Origin: Macrostomum lignano
Lineage: Eukaryota
Assembly: GCA_002269645.1 (NCBI GenBank)
Contig: NIVC01001461.1
Location: 1 to 64,000, forward strand
Length of the DNA stretch: 64,000 nucleotides
Direction: 5' to 3'
The notes beneath the pieces are model-generated. The model was not told where the DNA came from and searched no databases. It saw nothing but the letters and a program-made list of their open reading frames with translations. The stretch's first letter is position 1. Each line of letters opens with the position of its first letter. A program made the position numbers and the translations under genes. This document shows, piece after piece, positions 1-13,410 of the stretch.

Positions 1-2053
1 TGTAATTAGCTGTACTTCTGGTTGCAGCTGTGCTTTGCAGAAGTTATCAATAATTATCAAAGATCTTGTCAAATGAGTCACTTCCACATCTCGGATGTAC
101 TTTGTACAGGTCTAGCCAAATTTTTCAAATGAGTTTTTTATAACTTCGGAAAACTTCAAAGGCACTCAAGCAGTACTTTCAATTTTCTCTCCAAAGGGCG
201 GAAGTCCCTGCCAAATATTGAAACTGAAATGCGCGAACACGGGTGGACCGCCTCGCTTCCTGTTCAGCCACTTAATTTCATTCCAAAGTCTTCGGAGATT
301 TCTCTGGCTGTCCGACTTGACACCCGAAACTCGCGCCGCTCATTAATCTGATGGCCGGGCAGGGGGCGGCTCGGCCACCCCCCCTGCGGAAGGCAGCGCG
401 GCATCTCCAGTTCGCCGGGATCAGTTGGAGGAGGAGTCCCATCTCGAGCCGAACGAGCGCATCAGGAGCTGGGTGGAAGAAGTCCTGGGCAGCCGTGAGG
501 CTGGCGTTTCATGCGCCTCACGAAAGGTGGAACTGGAGATGGAGAAATTCAGAGCAGTTCGTCCCACTCAGCTTAGCTGGCATAAAAGTGCTCCGCCAGA
601 GCTGAGAGCTGTCAAGCAAAAGGAAACGAATCTCCGTAGCGAATATTAATTCACAAAGGAGAAAATAACTGAAATATCAGCTATGGCGGCTCGCTTTCAG
701 CTCGATCGATTTCGGCTTTATTCGACTCACAAGCCCCAGCCCGGGATCTCCCGGGGGCCGCCCGCTGGGGGGCGTTCCGCTCCAGCGTCCGCCATCCTCA
801 CCTCCCTGATTTTTCAAAGTGAATGACTGATAAAAAGGACCGGTTACTAATCCCATGTCTGCTTATTCTTCCCGAAAGGCAAATCTGCAGACGCTCACGG
901 CTGCAGGCTTGGAGACGCAGAAGCGCTTAATTCCCCTTTGAATAATTGCATTTTTTGAAGAGCAGTGAAGTCGGACTTTGCTTCTTCGTGTCTAACTCGC
1001 GCTGTGTGTCCGGCCAACCGAACCTTGTGAACAGCTTGCGGTGGAGCCTAAATTGAGGACTTAAGGACCAGTATTCTACCAGAGATCTGCGCTCCGCCAT
1101 TCGCAAGGGTGCTAGTAATAATAATTGATTACACCTGCCCTAATGGCCAGATGTGCAACCGACAGCTCGGTCGCAGCTATTGCGCGGCGCATCTGAAGGC
1201 TGCCTACGGCTGTTCAGTCCAAGGACTGGGGGGGGGGGGGGGTCGCCACACACCCTCAATTACCCCAGCTAATGCTGGTGCCCATTTTACAGCTGAGTGA
1301 ACTGAAGCCATGCTCAAGGACACAAATTGTTTCGAGTGGGTCAACTTTCAGTCGTGAGTTCGACGCTCCAACTACTAGGCTATAAAACCCAAGCAAAGGT
1401 TGCTGGTTGGGACTCAGACTGAGGACTCTCAGAGCAACATTTCTGACTGAGTCAGCAGCCTTGTCCGCCATGACCTGCTATGAACCTGTCCGCACTCGAT
1501 CTATCTAATAATTTAAACAGGCCTCAAGAACTCACTCGGGATAGGCGCGTACAGTCTTCAGCTGCGTCTGCAGCAGGGCGCACGTCCTCAGGTCACTGGT
1601 GTTGACCGCCCGACGGCGGAACACCCGCCCGCCAGGCGCGCCAGCATCACCGCGACCACCGCCGCCGTCGCCGCTGCCCCGAAGTCGCTAGCGCGCACCG
1701 AAACTGGAAGCCGCAGCCGCGGCTGCGGAGGTGCGCTGCAGGCCGCCCAGCATGGTGGTCGCCGTGGCACCGGTGGCCGGCCTCATCGCCTTGTCGATGC
1801 GTCCGACTCAGCGACCAGCGGCGCCGGTTTCGCCGCTCCGACTACGGCGGCTGCTGCTGCTGCGGAGGCCGACTTCGACGACGCCGTTCTCGGTGCTACC
1901 GCGACGCCGCAGTCAGGTGGCGCCGGCCGGGTTGAGGGAAGTCGCCTGCAAGGAGGAAAAGTGCCTCTGTGTTGCGCGGCTTCACAAGCTTATCGACTTA
2001 CGTTCGGGAAAAACCGCCGTGGTAGTTAAACAGAACAGGAATTATTAAGCCTA

Positions 2054-2413
2054 TTTTTTATTACAGGCAGGGGGGTTGTGTGCACCCTGGCGCACTTTAA
2101 GCGACATAGGCACACAACCGGCGAGAGGCATTACTGCCCATTCCGCCGACTCCCTGAGCAGGCATACAAGCGCGCGGATACGTACGCAGGCACACACTCA
2201 CACAGGAGTGTACAGCGGCCCTAACTTTATATTATCGTTAGGCATGTACACTTCACTGCCCCTTGGGGGGTTGGCTCTCAAGGCCGTTAATTGCACGAGC
2301 AGAGCCAAGCCGAGATTCCAATCCAGCCCCAAATTAATGTGACTGCACTTGGAATCGAGCCTGGGTCGCTGGCACACCAGAGCAGCTGCGCTACCGCTGG
2401 GCTACGGCCCCCC
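2054..2413 (-). mobile_element. tRNA-headed SINE, full-length copy 1
   Basis: Minus strand starts GGGGGCCGTAGCCCAGCGGTAG (A-box-like) and has GGCTCGATTCC (B-box-like), ending in an A-rich tail. 13-bp TSD ATTATTAAGCCTA at 2041-2053 and 2414-2426. Near-identical inverted copy at 35019-35388. Confidence 0.85.
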
Positions 2414-4859
2414 ATTATTAAGCCTAAATTATGCTTTTCCTATCCAGCTATCATTTTTCTCGTATTAGGGTTAGGGTTCGGGTTCGGGTTTCGGTCCCGC
2501 GAAGGCTATTGAGATTTTGTTATGGTTATGGTATTTCAGAGTTTGTAATTTACCGCCCTGTGGTGGTTACTGTCAAGTTTCTATGCAACACCCTTTTACC
2601 CATAGACATCGACATGCGTCACCTTGATATATAAGAGCCGTCACCATCTGCATTTAGTTAGCGAACCTAATTTCACAATTCAGAGTGATTTAACAGAGTG
2701 TACTCGTTCCAAAGCCGAACTCTTACATCTGAACAATATTTGGAAATAGGAATAACGTAAAGAAACCTTTCAATAGTGTGCTCCTACAAGCAAATACTCA
2801 GGAAATCAGACTTCAACGAAGTTTCTCAGCATAACTTGGATTTCCATCTCGTATTTATCTTTCAATTTTGGTGAATATGGATTTATTTAGCGTTTTAAAA
2901 TCGAGTTTACCCGTCATGCAGAAGTCCCTGCAAAGCTCTGACCAGTTGGTTACAAAAGTAGGTTAGGTAGTTACCTGCCGAGAATGCGTCATGGAATGTG
3001 GCTTCTTGTATCTGCCAGCAGAGAATAAAAAGGGGCTCAAAAACAGTTCAATAAAAATGTAACTGAATTTGATTTAAAAATCAGCCAGACATTGTGACTA
3101 CGGCAGAATCAGCAAAACTGATTCCATTGTCAAAAGCCAGAAAGCTTCTGGTGGTCCTTCTAGAAGGAAAATGAAAAATTACAAAAAAACCAAATCAAAC
3201 ACTCACTGCTTGCCTTCCGCGTGAGTGGACACTTTTTGTGGGATTGAGTTTTCATTTTTTATATTTTTCTTTACTTTTCCCTAATCAGCTTGAGAGTTGT
3301 TGGTTTAATCTCGACACACGACAATCGCTGTCAGCTTAATCCGCTTGCGACGGTCCGCGCGAGCTCCCAGTCACGGAATTCAACCAGCTGGCTGGTTAAA
3401 AGAAGAGCGCAGAGAAATCGAAAACGATGAAAAATTGAGATGCGCGCAAATTAGTTGGGGATGCCGCGGGCTGCATTTACAATGCAAACAGGCACCCGAG
3501 CGGCCCCAGGCAGAATAAATGATTGCCCCAAACCTGCTAATAAAAATGCACCGCACTGGAGCCATCATTGCAGAGGCACGGGGAGATGCGGGCCAATCTG
3601 CGTCCTCAGTCATGCATGCACGCGGATATGGTGGAATAAATTCACGAAGGTTTCAGTCTCCTACCGGCATCTCCCGCTGCTCCCTCTCTCTCTCTACCCC
3701 TTTCTCTCTCTTCAGCTATTGCATTTATTTTTTAGAGTCCAAGCAATAAGCATGCGAGCAATCCTGCCACTGACTAAAAAAAATTAGGTACAGAAAAGAG
3801 AAGACGGGAACTGTAAGCCGCAGTTTCCTAAGCAGACTCTCCCAACTCTCGTTGGCGCCCCGCCCGGCCCCCTAAGGCTGAGTTCACTCGCATACCTTCT
3901 TCGCTCTCTCCAGCTTGATCAGTAATTGCATTTTTGCACACCGCAATCAAACTGAGCGCGGATGGGGGGCGGCCCACGTGGGAGAGGAGAGGAAGGAGAT
4001 GAGAGGAGGGAGAGGAGAGGAGGAGGAGCGGCATGTCGGGAGAGAAGGCGGCTAAAAGCTGAGGCCCGAACTGCAAAACCTGCCGCCCATTATGGAAAAA
4101 AAGGCCGGAATGCGGCGCCCCCTGAACCGCCTTTCCCCTGGCCGGCGTTTCCAATTCTTCCAGGGCCGCGGCTCGCGATTAGAATTCTTGGATGAAGCCG
4201 CAGCCGCAGCTGCCGAAGGATTCGAAGTGGCTCCAACTCCCCGAGTCCCCCCCCTGCCTCGAGTAGACGAGAGGACACGCAAGTTGCTGGCCCCGAGAGC
4301 CCGCCTGTTCCTCCCCTTAAACACTCTCGCTGGCCCGCATGCGGGAGCGGGCGGAGATGCCGCCTGGATTGCACTTTCAAGTAGTTTCGAGTCTTCCTTG
4401 TTGTCCCTCCATAATGCATTTTCTGTGGGCAGCTGCATGCCTATTCGGCCAGTTTGTGGAGGGCTCTCGGGCAGCTAACTTAGAAAATGATTTTCTTAGT
4501 AAAAGGAAAATATGCCTATTCTGTATGCCAAGCAAAGCATGTAACACGCTCTTCTTCTTCTGGCGGACTAAAAGAGCAATACGAAATCCTGATAATGAAT
4601 GAAGTCAATGAGGCACGGAATTATTTGAGGGAACCTCCTCTGTTCTGAAAATGAAAAGCGGCCGCTAAGCACGATGCAGCTTGGCTCGATATTTCAACCA
4701 ATTTTTAGAATACAAAAATTGGCTCCTTAAGTCCTATATAATTTGTTAAAGTAGAATGTTTGTAATTATAATTATATCAATTTATTAATATAGCCATACT
4801 AATGCTAGCCGGCTTGCGAGCAGGGGAATTTTGTTAACTAATTTTGTTTGGGGAATTTT

Positions 4860-5429
4860 GAGATGTCAAGGCTTAGGGGGGAAACGCTGAGATGTCAAGG
4901 CTTACAAGGGAATTGCTGAGATGTCAAGGCTTACAGGGGGAATTGCTGAGATGTCAAGGCTTACAGGGGGAATTGCTGAGATGTCAAGGCTTACAGGGGG
5001 AATTGCTGAGATGTCAAGGCTTACAGGGGAATTGCTGAGATGTCAAGGCTTACAGGGGAATTGCTGAGATGTCAAGGCTTACAGGGGAATTGCTGAGATG
5101 TCAAGGCTTACAGGGGAATTGCTGATATGTCAAGGCTTACAGGGGAATTGCTGAGATGTCAAGGCTTACAGGGGAATTGCTGATATGTCAAGGCTTACAG
5201 GGGAATTGCTGATATGTCAAGGCTTACAGGGGAATTGCTGATATGTCAAGGCTTACAGGGGAATTGCTGATATGTCAAGGCTTACAGGGGAATTGCTGAT
5301 ATGTCAAGGCTTACAGGGGAATTGCTGATATGTCAAGGCTTACAGGGGAATTGCTGATATGTCAAGGCTTACAGGGGAATTGCTGAGATGTCAAGGCTTA
5401 CAGGGGAATTGCTGATATGTCAAGGCTTA
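4860..5429. repeat. 29-bp minisatellite (GCTGAGATGTCAAGGCTTACAGGGGAATT), ~19 copies
   Basis: Head-to-tail units read directly. Confidence 0.95.
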
Positions 5430-6974
5430 GAGTTCAAAAACAAAATTTAGTTGATTAAAAAATTTTTACTCCATTCTTTATTGGCTCCATAAAGGGGCGC
5501 TGATTGCCAGTCAAAAGCAAAATTTAACGAGTCATTTTCCATGCCTGTCAGCAGTATAAAAGCAACTTCGCAAACAGGGATACTATTTGGGAGCTGCTGC
5601 TTTGGCTTATTTTAGAGAATAGTTGAAATTATTTTTACCTGGCCCAACGAATCCCTCGCCCCTCTGCTAAGCGCATCGACCCGAATGCGAGGGTCGGCTG
5701 GGAGTCATTTCTGCCCCGTATTATTCACGAATCCTTCGGGGCGACAGAAACGGATGGATGGATAGCAACGCGCAGTTTATATCGGCACATTCAAGCTCGC
5801 GGCAGTGTGTTTGCCCAATGAACATGCTCCTATGGGCCACTTCCCGACTCCTGGAGATGTGACAGCCGCACGGACGGAGAATATCAACTATTTGCTCACC
5901 AGCCTCGTTCTTGAGAGCTTCCTAGCAGCATCTGCTTCTGCTTAGCTGGACTGGTGGCAGATGGGAGCACCGCCTCTTCAATGTGTTTCCTTTTATTCTT
6001 GCTCAGATTTAGCCACAACCTCTTACCTTCGCTTCCCAGACTCCGTCACACTGTGAGCTCCCTATCCGCCTTTCCCTATACCTGCGCCAATGCACCGGTG
6101 GATCTACCTACCCCATTTTAGTCCGTGCTCATCCTTCATCACTTGCTCCCCAGTCTCCCCAGTCTGCCATCGCGCTGTCTCAAGCTGCGCCCCAATGCCC
6201 TGCTTGCACAGCCGGCCTCCATTAATGCGGGCGACAAAGCTGCTGAAGAAAACCCCCAAAGCAATCCCTGATCCTATTTATTTTCCGTCTTATTGCATCC
6301 GGGGACCCTGCGCCGGACTACGGGATAGATCTGACAGAGCTGCAGTTCTTTTAATAAACGGCATGGGATGGGACTGGCGTCTGCAATGCCCTGCCCTCAA
6401 TAAACATGTCAGTCTTCACCCAGAACACTCGCTAGTGAGCATCGGTTGCCCCTGGCTTGATACTTGAGTGAAAGCACACTCCTGGAGTAGTCAGCTCGTG
6501 GTTGCAACCAAGGACGAATTTTGATATCGTTAAGTAGTCCTCGGCTGGTTGCAATCGGTGATCGCACTGGAAAAATAATGATTTCTGGCTACGCGACCAG
6601 AGAAAACTTCTCAAACTCTGCCTCCATCCAACAGAAACTAAAATAGCCGTGAAGTCTACTGAGTCCTAGGCGCCGGCGTCAGTCAGCAGGCAGAAACTCC
6701 GAATGTCCTCGCCGATAAGTTGCCTGCAGCGTCATGCAGGCGGTGCGACTCGGCGCAGATGATGTGGCCTGCCATCGGGAGTCGCCGACAGGTCGCTCTG
6801 AAGGCCTCAATTCAATATTTGTTTTAATCCCTAATTTTGCTTATTAGATGCAGAAATTCTGTTTCACATAGATAAAATTCTGCGTCATCCCTGGCGGGTT
6901 GGCTGAGCTTCAAAACAACTCTGTACTTAGCCGGTACTCTGCTCCGAGCATTCACACCAGGGCAGCACTAGAAG

Positions 6975-8903
6975 TGTCGCGACTTTCCTAGTCATTTCTT
7001 TAGTTCACCTTCACTTGTCTCTGTTTACTCTGTTTTCTCTCTTCTCTGTCCAGCTCAATCTTGTTATTCTTATCTCTCTCTCTCCCTTGCTGCGTTCTGA
7101 TTGGCTCTCCGTTCTCGCCTCTTTCCTCAGTCGCGCACTCCACCCCTCTCTTTATTATCTGCAATTCAAACCCCCTAAGTTAATGTCTGGTATAAATATA
7201 CTTGTTTGGGCCCTGCGCCCACTTACTGGCTTATCTTAGGTTCAATTTAACTCCAAGTAACTCTCTAGTCTTTAGTTTAGTATTTTTTCTACATGGCGCC
7301 CAATGAAAAATAATTAAGTCAATTCAGTAAGGCTGGCAAAGGCCATGCCATCGTCATAGTCGTAACCCTCCACCAGTCATCTCGTCATCTCGTCTGTCGG
7401 CCTCATCGCTTCGTTTGTCGGCCTCATCGCTTCGTCTGTCGGCCTCATCGCTTCGTCTGTCGGCCTCATCGCTTCGTCTGCCGGGGGTGCGTCCTGCGGT
7501 GTCCTCGGTCTCTCTCGGTCTCAAATTCTCGGCCGGGGCACCTCAGGGCTCGCCTGCCGGATCGTCTCTTCGCTCATCGTCTGCCGGGGGTGCGTCCTGC
7601 GGTGTCCTCGGTCTCTCTCGGTTTCCAATTCTCTGCCGGGGCGCCGCGGGGCTCGCCTGCCGGATCGTCTCTTCGCTCATCGCCTGCCGGATCGTCTCTT
7701 CGCTCATCGCCTGCCGGATCGTCTCTTCGCTCGCCTGCCGGATCGTCTCTTCGCTCATCGCCTGCCGGATCGTCTCTTCGCTCATCGCCTGCCGGATCGT
7801 CTCTTCGCTCGCCTGCCGGATCGTCTCTTCGCTCATCGCCTGCCGGATCGTCTCTTCGCTCATCGCCTGCCGGATCGTCTCTTCGCTCGCCTGCCGGATC
7901 GTCTCTTCGCTCATCGCCTGCCGGATCGTCTCTTCGCTCATCGCCTGCCGGATCGTCTCTTCGCTCGTCGCCTGCCGGATCGTCTCTTCGCTCGTCGTCT
8001 GCCGGGGGTGCGTCCTGCGGTGTCCTCGGTCTCTCTCGGTTTCCAATTCTCTGCCGGGGCGCCGCGGGGCTCGCCTGCCGGATCGTCTCTTCGCTCGCCT
8101 TCCGGATCGTCTCTTCGCTCATCGTCTGCCGGGGGTGCGTCCTGCGGTGTCCTCGGTCTCTCTCGGTTCAAATTCTCGGCCGGGGCGCCTCGGGGCTCGC
8201 CTGCCGGATCGTCTCTTCGCTCATCGCCTGCCAGATCGCCTCGTTAATTCGTCATTCAATTTTTTCTTTCACCATGTAGTCACAATGTAAAAAATTAAAT
8301 TAATTTTTAGGGGGGAAGGCGGATATATTCAGTCTTTTCAGTCTTCTCATTGGTTCAAAAACTACTCAATAAAAATCTAAGTTTAAAATTCGGTCTAAAT
8401 ATTTTGCATTCGCTCTACTGTTTTTGTATTCAAATTCTTAGTCATTATGTATTTTTCAAATCGTTTTATACACCATTTATTGTGAATGTGTTTTTCAATT
8501 TAATTCGACCTAATTCTAACTCATTAATTTCAATTGGTAATGGTACTCGAAAATTCAAAAAATGTTCCATTTTTTTGGGGGGAGTGTCGCGACTTTCCTA
8601 GTCATTTCTTTAGTTCACCTTCACTTGTCTCTGTTTACTCTGTTTTCTCTCTTCTCTGTCCAGCTCAATCTTGTTATTCTTATCTCTCTCTCTCCCTTGC
8701 TGCGTTCTGATTGGCTCTCCGTTCTCGCCTCTTTCCTCAGTCGCGCACTCCACCCCTCTCTTTATTATCTGCAATTCAAACCCCCTAAGTTAATGTCTGG
8801 TATAAATATACTTGTTTGGGCCCTGCGCCCACTTACTGGCTTATCTTAGGTTCAATTTAACTCCAAGTAACTCTCTAGTCTTTAGTTTAGTATTTTTTCT
8901 ACA
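6975..8903 (+). mobile_element. Non-autonomous LTR retrotransposon (TRIM-like)
   Basis: Two 319-bp LTRs (6975-7293, 8585-8903), TG...CA, with no differences seen by eye. 5-bp TSD AGAAG (6970-6974, 8904-8908). PBS TGGCGCCCAA at 7294 (tRNA-Lys1,2 type). Purine tract GGGGGGAG before the 3' LTR. Interior has no gag/pol motif. Confidence 0.92.
7640..8230. repeat. 27-bp GC-rich tandem repeat (GCCTGCCGGATCGTCTCTTCGCTCATC) with higher-order duplications inside the LTR element
   Basis: Read directly; source of the ACRIVSSLI / ERRDDPAGD pseudo-ORFs. Confidence 0.9.
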
Positions 8904-10469
8904 AGAAGACAACCGAAGAAAACCGAAAGCAGAAAAGCCACCCGACTCTGCGCATCTGATTACCCAGCTGGCACTAGAGGCGGTCGCTCTTCTTTGTTTC
9001 ATATGAAGCCCGCTTGCATAATTCAGTGCGTCAGTTGCCCGACCCGACCGTGCTGGTAGTGGAGAGAGAGAGTAAACACGCCGAATGGGATTGGAGGGGG
9101 GCGGGACTCGCATGGTAACGAGCCCAGATTTACAGTCAAATCTTTCCTACGCTTTCCGAGTTGAAGATTTCCCATAGAGAAGAAAGCCCATGCAAACAGG
9201 AAAGCGGCGCTGGGCGAGCCACAAGCACTACCGGGGAGTTGCCTGTTGGTGGGGCCGGGCCGTCTCGATCTGATTTTATTTTCCTGCTCCGACTATCTTC
9301 TGCTCCAATTTTTTACAACCCGAATCGCCTGTGGAAATCGATTTTTCGCCTTCCAGCAACTAATAAAATTTCGTAGTCATACTGCACACTGCACTGGGAC
9401 ACACTGGTTTAAAACATTTTGTGTAAAAGTGGTGCCTTCCGCTGCCAATCTCAAGGTAAGACTCAAGCAAGGTGTTCAACATCTTCACGTCTGCTTTGCA
9501 AAGCCATTCCAGCTGACAGAGTCGTTCAAACTGCCGTGACCAGCTGCGTGTCGTCTTCAAGATCGGCACTCCATCGCTTGGTCCGTCAAAACGGCCTGTT
9601 TCGCCGCCGGCGACTCCAGCTGGCAGGCGACTTCATCCGCGCCGAGTCGTAGGAGGAGGAGCCGGTGCAGGAGGTGCTGCGGACCATGTCCAGAGGCGCA
9701 CCCAGTGACTGACAGCGTATTTTGTTGTTGCTGTTATGCATCTACATCTAGCGGGCGGCTGTGTACAGTTTTAACTTGAAAAGTCAGCAAAGAGACCTCA
9801 AGAGTCTTTAAAGGACTTCAAGAACTGTGTGGTCAGTCGGGGTTGCTGACTATTGCTCGTTAGGAAGACTTAAGCTTGTCGAGTATCCCCTGTTTAAACA
9901 ACTGCGCTCACGTTTCTGCGTCTCAGGCTTTTAGTTAACGCAGGTTTTGGAATACCTTGTAGACTGGAATTCGTGTACCGAATCTATTTTTAGGTTATTG
10001 ATGACACCAAAATAGTGACTAAGAACTAAACTAAAAAATAGAACTAAATCACCTCCAATTCCTGACGTAACCCACTTCACAGCTGCACCTGGTAAACAGA
10101 GCGCTCTCACCTCACTTATTTTAGCTTGCCAAAATAGCTTTCTGTGAGCATCCACGCGACTCAGCTATACCGTTTGGCTAATGAAGGCTCCCCGCGTCAC
10201 TGAAGACTGAAGCCGTCCACTGGCAAAATCATTCCCTCCTCACTTGTTTGATCCCAACAGCTACCCGACTAATTCCCCCCCCCTCTTTGGCTCGGCTCGC
10301 TCCCTCTCTCTCGCTTTGCCTTGCTAATCTTATTTGTTCGGTCCTCCTAGTCGCCTTTGTTGCCAGGCCAGGCTGTGTCTCCGTCCAAGAGCTGCCGTTG
10401 CACAAAGGCTATCAGAGGGGCAGTGGCTGGGAGATCTGGCGAAATCGAGTTAGCGCCATCGAGTCCGGC

Positions 10470-11355
10470 TGGAGCAGGGACTACTCAATTTAGAGGAGCA
10501 GGGACTACTCAAGTTAGAGGAGCAGGGATTACTCAAGTTAGAGGAGCAGGAACTACTCAAGTTAGAGGAGCAGGAACTACTCAAGTTAGAGGAGCAGGAC
10601 TACTCAAGTTAGAGGAGCAGGGATTACTCAAGTTAGAGGAGCAGGACTACTCAAGTTAGAAGAGCAGGGACTACTCAAGTTAGAGGAGCAGGGACTACTC
10701 AAGTTAGAGGAGCAGGGACTAATCAGTTAGAGGAGCAGGAACTACTCAAGTTAGAGGAGCAGGGATTACTCAAGTTAGAGGAGCAGGAACTACTCAAGTT
10801 AGAGGAGCAGGATTACTCAAGTTAGAGGAGCAGGGACTACTCAAGTTAGAGGAGCAGGGACTACTCAAGTTAGAGGAGCAGGGACTACTCAAGTTAGAGG
10901 AGCAGGGACTACTCAAGTTAGAGGAGCAGGGACTACTCAATTTAGAGGAGCAGGGACTACTCAAGTTAGAGGAGCAGGGATTACTCAAGTTAGAGGAGCA
11001 GGGCTACTCAAGTTAGAAGAGCAGGAACTACTCAAGTTAGAGGAGCAGGGACTACTCAATTTAGAGGAGCAGGGACTACTCAATTTAGAGGAGCAGGGAC
11101 TACTCAATTTAGAGGAGCAGGGACTACTCAAGTTAGAGGAGCAGGGATTACTCAAGTTAGAGGAGCAGGGCTACTCAAGTTAGAAGAGCAGGAACTACTC
11201 AAGTTAGAGGAGCAGGGACTACTCAATTTAGAGGAGCAGGGACTACTCAATTTAGAGGAGCAGGGACTACTCAATTTAGAGGAGCAGGGACTACTTAAGT
11301 TAGAGGAGCAGGGACTACTCAATTTAGAGGAGCAGGGACTACTCAAGTTAGAGGA
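10470..11355. repeat. 24-bp minisatellite (TAGAGGAGCAGGGACTACTCAAGT)
   Basis: Read directly; some 23-bp variants. Confidence 0.95.
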
Positions 11356-11924
11356 GTTAGAGTTAGAGTATCAACCATTTATATGCAGATGAACTCTACC
11401 AAAATGCACCATGCAGGAAGATATACAAATAGGTTTGCACACAACCGCGCTGCAAGTTAAGCAGACTTGGTTACGGTTAGTACGCAGCTTGGTCACCTTG
11501 AATCTGGTCCAGTGTCTACTTCTATTCCATTAGAAGAAGATTACACTCTGGACACTGTAAATAACTTGCAACTATCTGGATTCCAACAGGTAATAAATCG
11601 GCAGTTAAAATTCACGAGAAAAAAATCTGACAGGCATCTCGTCAATAAATTCTACTGGAAATTTAAGACCCCCCCCCCCTACAGAAGAGCCCGTTTGTTC
11701 AATCAATCGATTTGGTCCAAGCAATTTCCTGGTGGCTTCTTCTCGATAGAGTCAATGTTGAAGCAGATCTGGATCTATTGACATTGTGAGATTGGGTAAT
11801 GCGTAAACCATAGCTATCCAGTTGGGGATCAAAGTGCCAGGTGTCTCAGTCTGAGGATCACCATAGATACAAAATATGAAATAGTGTCTGACGCGAAAAA
11901 AGCACCAAGGTGGCAAGCTATCGG

Positions 11925-12060
11925 AAATTCCGCTGACTCCTGAGCACCGAATACACGGGCATGTACTCATGCACTCGCTCACATAGGGTGTACAGCAGTC
12001 CTGACTTTCGAATCGTCAGGCACGTACTCTCTGTGTACTTTTGAGGACTGGCCCTCATTG
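11925..12060 (-). mobile_element. Diverged fragment related to the SINE body
   Basis: ATTCCGCTGACTCCTGAGCA...CTCACATAGGGTGTACAGCAGTCCTGACTTT...ATCGTCAGGCACGTAC aligns by eye to SINE copy 1 (ATTCCGCCGACTCCCTGAGCA...CTCACACAGGAGTGTACAGCGGCCCTAACTTT...ATCGTTAGGCATGTAC). Confidence 0.55.
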
Positions 12061-12774
12061 GTGTGAATAACACGAGAACTCCCCGGTCAATGTTTCTGTG
12101 TACAAACCCTGAATTAGTGTTTCAATAATGAAAGCTTCAATATTTTTTTTCTCTATTAATTTGGAATAATCGTTTGTGAAAGAAGTCCTTGAAGAGATGG
12201 ACCGCACGGGACGGCAGAGACAGGCGGGGAATGGGTGAAAACAGACTGGGATAAAGGAGCAGAATCTGGGCCGGAAATTGAATCTCTGAGCTCAACTTAT
12301 TCTAGCCAAGTGCAGAAGCATTTAAAGCCAGGCCAAGCCGCGTCTTCTGCTGATAGAAGCAGCAAGCATAAAAGAGTTGGGGAGGCCGGTCGGACGGCTG
12401 GCTGAGTAGCTGACAGTTGGCTTGAAGAGCGGAGTGTGGAATCTCAATGAGTCCTGAAGGGAGTTTATTTTTTTCCACAAACGCCTGTGACAGCTAGCGG
12501 AATGGCAGGGAAGGAAGACGTCAGGAAGGCTCGCCGGCATGAACTTTAACCACCGCTGCCGCCGCCTGCAGAAGTCTGCAGCTTAATGGTGCTCACCGTG
12601 TGCGCAAATTATTCAACAATAATAATTTTATGGCTACTGGAATTGCCGCCCAAGCTTTTCTACAGCGGATATGCTGAGAATGTCAGGGTGTGACGGGCGG
12701 CCGATGGCGCAGAGCACCTGCTGTCTTGAATTTCAACAAGCACGCATTGACACCAGAATTCTATTGCACTGCCA

Positions 12775-13410
12775 TTAGATGCAGTCTACCGTTCCTATTA
12801 GATGCAGTCTACCGTTCTGATTAGATGTAGTTTACCGTTCCTATTAGAGAGAGTCTACCGTTCCTATTAGACGCAGTCTCCCGTTCCTATTAGATGCAGT
12901 CTATCGCTCCTATTAGATGCAGTCTACCGTTCCTATTAGATGCAGTCTACCGTTCCTATTAGATGCAGTCTACTGTTCCTATTGGATGCAATCTACCGTT
13001 CTGATTAGATGCAGTTTACCGTTCCTATTAGAGAGAGTCTACCGTTCCTATTAGATGCAGTCTATCGCTCCTATTAGATGCAGTCGACCGTTCCTATTAG
13101 ATGCAGTCTACCGTTCCTATTAGATGCAGTCTACTGTTCCTATTAGAGAGAGTCTACCGTTCCTATTAGAGAGAGTCTACCGTTCCTATTAGATGCAGTC
13201 TACCGTTCCTATTAGATGCAGTCTACCGTTCCTATTAGATGCAGTCTACCGTTCCTATTAGATGCAGTCTACCGTTCCTATTAGATGCAGTCTACCGTTC
13301 CTATTAGATGCAGTCTACCGTTCCTATTAGATGCAGTCTACCGTTCCTATTAGATGCAGTCTACCGTTCCTATTAGATGCAGTCTACCGTTCCTATTAGA
13401 TGCAGTCTAC
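12775..13410. repeat. 23-bp minisatellite (TCTACCGTTCCTATTAGATGCAG)
   Basis: Read directly. Confidence 0.95.

Noticed and set aside
2464-2500. TTAGGGTTAGGGTTCGGGTTCGGG as an interstitial telomere or Helentron signature
   Set aside because: Only two perfect hexamers; no supporting termini or hairpin identified.
351-6620. Short ORFs in the first 6.6 kb
   Set aside because: No recognisable domains or consistent splice structure; chance ORFs in GC-rich or TE-derived DNA.
7415-8290. ORFs inside the LTR element as a possible gag
   Set aside because: Made of 27-bp repeats, with no zinc knuckle, capsid, protease, RT or integrase motif.
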